Below, piece by piece: positions 61,768-64,000 of a DNA stretch of 64,000 nt. How positions within the stretch are numbered: the first letter of the stretch is position 1; every line of letters begins with the position of its first letter. Made by a program: the position numbers and the translations under genes. Under the pieces are notes generated by a model, which worked only from the letters and a program-made list of their open reading frames with translations, was not told the origin of the DNA and did no database searches. The stretch is from positions 62,001 to 126,000 of IMG/VR virus record IMGVR_UViG_3300006931_000029; one strand, 5' to 3'.

Positions 61768-62129
61768 TAGGACGCCTGTTGTTCGGCGTCTCCAAGAACG
61801 GCAGTGGCCATCTTCTGAAGTTCGACCCAGCAGGTTGGGTCGAGGTTGATCGGTTTGATTTCGTACTTCGGAAACATGTCGGCTAGTTGCCGCGGAGTGA
61901 TGTCCTCGTTGATAGGAGCCAGAATTAGCATGACCGTGCGGAGCAATTCGTCTTGGAAGTCAAGGTCGGCTCCTGCGCAGTAGTCCAAGTCAACACAGCC
62001 GCATCCTACGAGTCCCATGCGGACACGGACACCAAACATCATCCGCGTGAACCCGATTTCCCAGCGACCACCGAGAGACACCCAGCGGTGGAAGAAATTT
62101 TCGTTGGGTTGTGCCGGTTTGAAAACCAT
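61767..62129 (-). CDS. hypothetical (probable early) protein
   Basis: 120 aa directly downstream of a sigma70-like promoter. Confidence 0.55.
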   Translation of the reverse strand: MVFKPAQPNENFFHRWVSLGGRWEIGFTRMMFGVRVRMGLVGCGCVDLDYCAGADLDFQDELLRTVMLILAPINEDITPRQLADMFPKYEIKPINLDPTCWVELQKMATAVLGDAEQQAS

Positions 62130-62135
62130 GACTCT

Positions 62136-62163
62136 ATCTTAAGAACGTATCAAAATGTGTAAA
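62136..62163 (-). promoter_or_regulatory. sigma70-like promoter overlapping the terminator U-tract
   Basis: TTTACA-N16-TAAGAT, 6 nt before the ATG. Confidence 0.65.
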
Positions 62164-62164
62164 C

Positions 62165-62195
62165 AAAAAAAAAGAGGGCAGCTTTCGCCGCCCTC
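62165..62195 (-). terminator. intrinsic terminator after the flotillin gene
   Basis: GAGGGCGGC-GAAA-GCTGCCCTC followed by 9 T on the minus strand. Confidence 0.85.
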
Positions 62196-62223
62196 CTTTT
62201 CGGGGGTTTGGTGTAGTCCGGCT

Positions 62224-63978
62224 TTAGGTCTTCTTTGCCGCGGGCACTGCAGGCGAAGGTGTCGTTTCAACGTCCGTCACCATTCCCGCCATCTGAGCGA
62301 GTTTGGACGGGTCCATCTTCAGAAGCTTCAGCAACGGCGTAACGTCAACGCCAGCCGCTTTTGCTTTGAGGAAGAATTCAGTAACCATGCCAGGGATTGC
62401 GCCAGCGAAACTGGCGACGCCGCCGCCTTTGCCGTCACCGGTGCCCATGTCAACGATGGAAACATTCTTGATCGCACCCAGCGACGTGCCGAGAGGACCG
62501 AACATTGCCGCCAACATTTTAGCGCCGGCATCGCCGCCCTTGTCGAAGAGCACAGGAAGACGATCGAGTACCATGATGAATTTGCCTTCTTCAGATAGTT
62601 GCTTCAACGCCTCGGCCAATTTCTCGGTACCTTCAGCTTCGGCGAGAAGAGCAGCGCGTTTACCGTTGGCAACAGCGAGCAATCCTTTCTCAGAACCATC
62701 GGCTTCGGCAAGAAGAGCAGCACGCCGACCGTCAGCAGCTGCGAGTTGGTTTGCACGAACACCTTCTGCGATGGCGAGTTGGGTTGCCTTATTGCCATCG
62801 GCCTCGGCTGTCAACTTGACGCGTGTCGCTTCACCTTCAGCCGCAGCGATCGTGCGAGTCTTGGACGCGATACCTTCACCTTCCTTGACAGCAGCGTTTG
62901 CTTTACCGGTTGCCGTGATTTCCAGTTGACGCGCCGTGCGTTCAGACACGGATTGCTGGTTATCGGCCTCAATGAGGGCAGCTTTGGCTTTCGCCTCAGC
63001 TTCGACGATGATTGTCGCCTGCAGTCTCTTTTGGTTGAGACTAGCCTGCTTTTCCTGCACGGCAATACCAGCGTCAGCGGCTGCGGCGTCTCTGGCCGCT
63101 TCTTTCACCCGGAGATTTTGCTCTTGGGCTGTTTTAGCAATGGCGTTGGCCATATCGGCCTCAGCTTTTTTGCCTTCAGTTTGAACCTTAAACTCGGCAA
63201 TCTGAATGTCGCGTTTCTTTTCGGCGTCAGCGACCATAGCGGCGTTCTGCGCCTTTACCTCGGCCGACTCGCGTTCAGCGTTAGACGTCTTGATGGCGGT
63301 TTCCTTCTTTGCTTCTGCCGTGGCGATTTCAGCATCACGGATGATGGCGGCGGTTTCTTTACGGCCGAGAGCCTTGATGTAGCCTTCCGCGTCTTGAACG
63401 TCTTGCACGACCAGCGTGATGATCTGAATCCCGAGACGGCGGAACTCGTCAGACGACTCTTCAAGAACCTGCTTGTTGAACTCAGAGCGATCCCGAAGAA
63501 TCTGCTCGACGCTCAACTTAGCAATGATGCTACGAACGTGACCGCGAAGGATTTCGCTAATCGTGCTCTTGATTTCTTCGGCGTCTTTGCCGAGGAATGC
63601 TTGCACCGCATTCGATTGTTCGTCGGGATTCGGCGAAACACGGCATGTGGCAACGGCAGTGATGTTAACCGGGACGTTCTTGGCCGTCGGCACCTGTTGC
63701 TCCTTAATTTCCACCTGGAAGGCAGCTGTGCTCATGACCTCGAACCGCTCCACGATCGGCATCAAAATCTTACCACCACCGGTGATGATTTTGAATCCGC
63801 GGATACCGGTCTTCTGAACGGACTCCTCGGTGTAGTTGTACTTGTACTTCCGGCCGTAGAAGACGCCGATGCCGTTCGGCGGAACCGTTTTGTAGCGCGA
63901 TGCGGCAATGAAGCCAACGATCGCGACGCAGATAACGACGGCGATGATTACACCTGGAACGAAAAAGCCACCAAGCAA
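62224..63978 (-). CDS. flotillin-like SPFH/band-7 protein (start may lie beyond the window edge)
   Basis: N-terminal TM, SPFH core (LRGHVRSII..LSVEQI..DR..F), AEA-rich coiled coil and C-terminal flotillin pattern. The frame stays open to 64000. Confidence 0.9.
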   Translation of the reverse strand: MLGGFFVPGVIIAVVICVAIVGFIAASRYKTVPPNGIGVFYGRKYKYNYTEESVQKTGIRGFKIITGGGKILMPIVERFEVMSTAAFQVEIKEQQVPTAKNVPVNITAVATCRVSPNPDEQSNAVQAFLGKDAEEIKSTISEILRGHVRSIIAKLSVEQILRDRSEFNKQVLEESSDEFRRLGIQIITLVVQDVQDAEGYIKALGRKETAAIIRDAEIATAEAKKETAIKTSNAERESAEVKAQNAAMVADAEKKRDIQIAEFKVQTEGKKAEADMANAIAKTAQEQNLRVKEAARDAAAADAGIAVQEKQASLNQKRLQATIIVEAEAKAKAALIEADNQQSVSERTARQLEITATGKANAAVKEGEGIASKTRTIAAAEGEATRVKLTAEADGNKATQLAIAEGVRANQLAAADGRRAALLAEADGSEKGLLAVANGKRAALLAEAEGTEKLAEALKQLSEEGKFIMVLDRLPVLFDKGGDAGAKMLAAMFGPLGTSLGAIKNVSIVDMGTGDGKGGGVASFAGAIPGMVTEFFLKAKAAGVDVTPLLKLLKMDPSKLAQMAGMVTDVETTPSPAVPAAKKT

Positions 63979-64000
63979 ACCGGGGCTTGCTTGAGCGAGG

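Noticed and set aside
1-64000. Stop-codon recoding (suggested by the odd tRNAs)
   Set aside because: Conserved genes are full-length under code 11, TAA, TAG and TGA all act as stops, and no suppressor anticodon loop is present.

Overview
This 64 kb window looks like part of a large (probably jumbo) contractile-tailed phage genome. It is very gene-dense, switches strand often and fits genetic code 11. T4-style virion genes (gp23-like capsid, gp21-like protease with scaffold, sheath, tube, neck, terminator, baseplate hub and spike, tape measure) are interleaved with replication and repair genes (primase, DnaB-like helicase, UDG-fused family A polymerase, NAD-dependent ligase, RecA/UvsX, UvsY, gp32-like SSB, SbcC, 5'-3' exonuclease, Fpg, HU). 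Accessory genes include two GT2 glycosyltransferases, two 2OG-Fe(II) oxygenases, a tandem GroES, a collagen-like fibre and a flotillin. The most notable unexplained structure is as follows. (1) A minus-strand cluster at the left edge holds a tmRNA followed by three or four CCA-ending tRNA-like RNAs, none with a normal anticodon arm. (2) Two adjacent sigma-like genes, one fused to a Mor-like domain, occur alongside three upstream motif classes (TTTACA-N16/17-TAnnnT, TANWTAV, GTTCTN) that sit so close to start codons that most mRNAs would be leaderless. (3) About ten dispersed small proteins share an N-terminal 'IVxKLLxE'-like leader, which may be a capsid-targeting and cleavage signal. (4) A gp26/gp51-like pair may be joined by a frameshift. 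All assignments come from manual motif recognition and hand folding; no searches were run.
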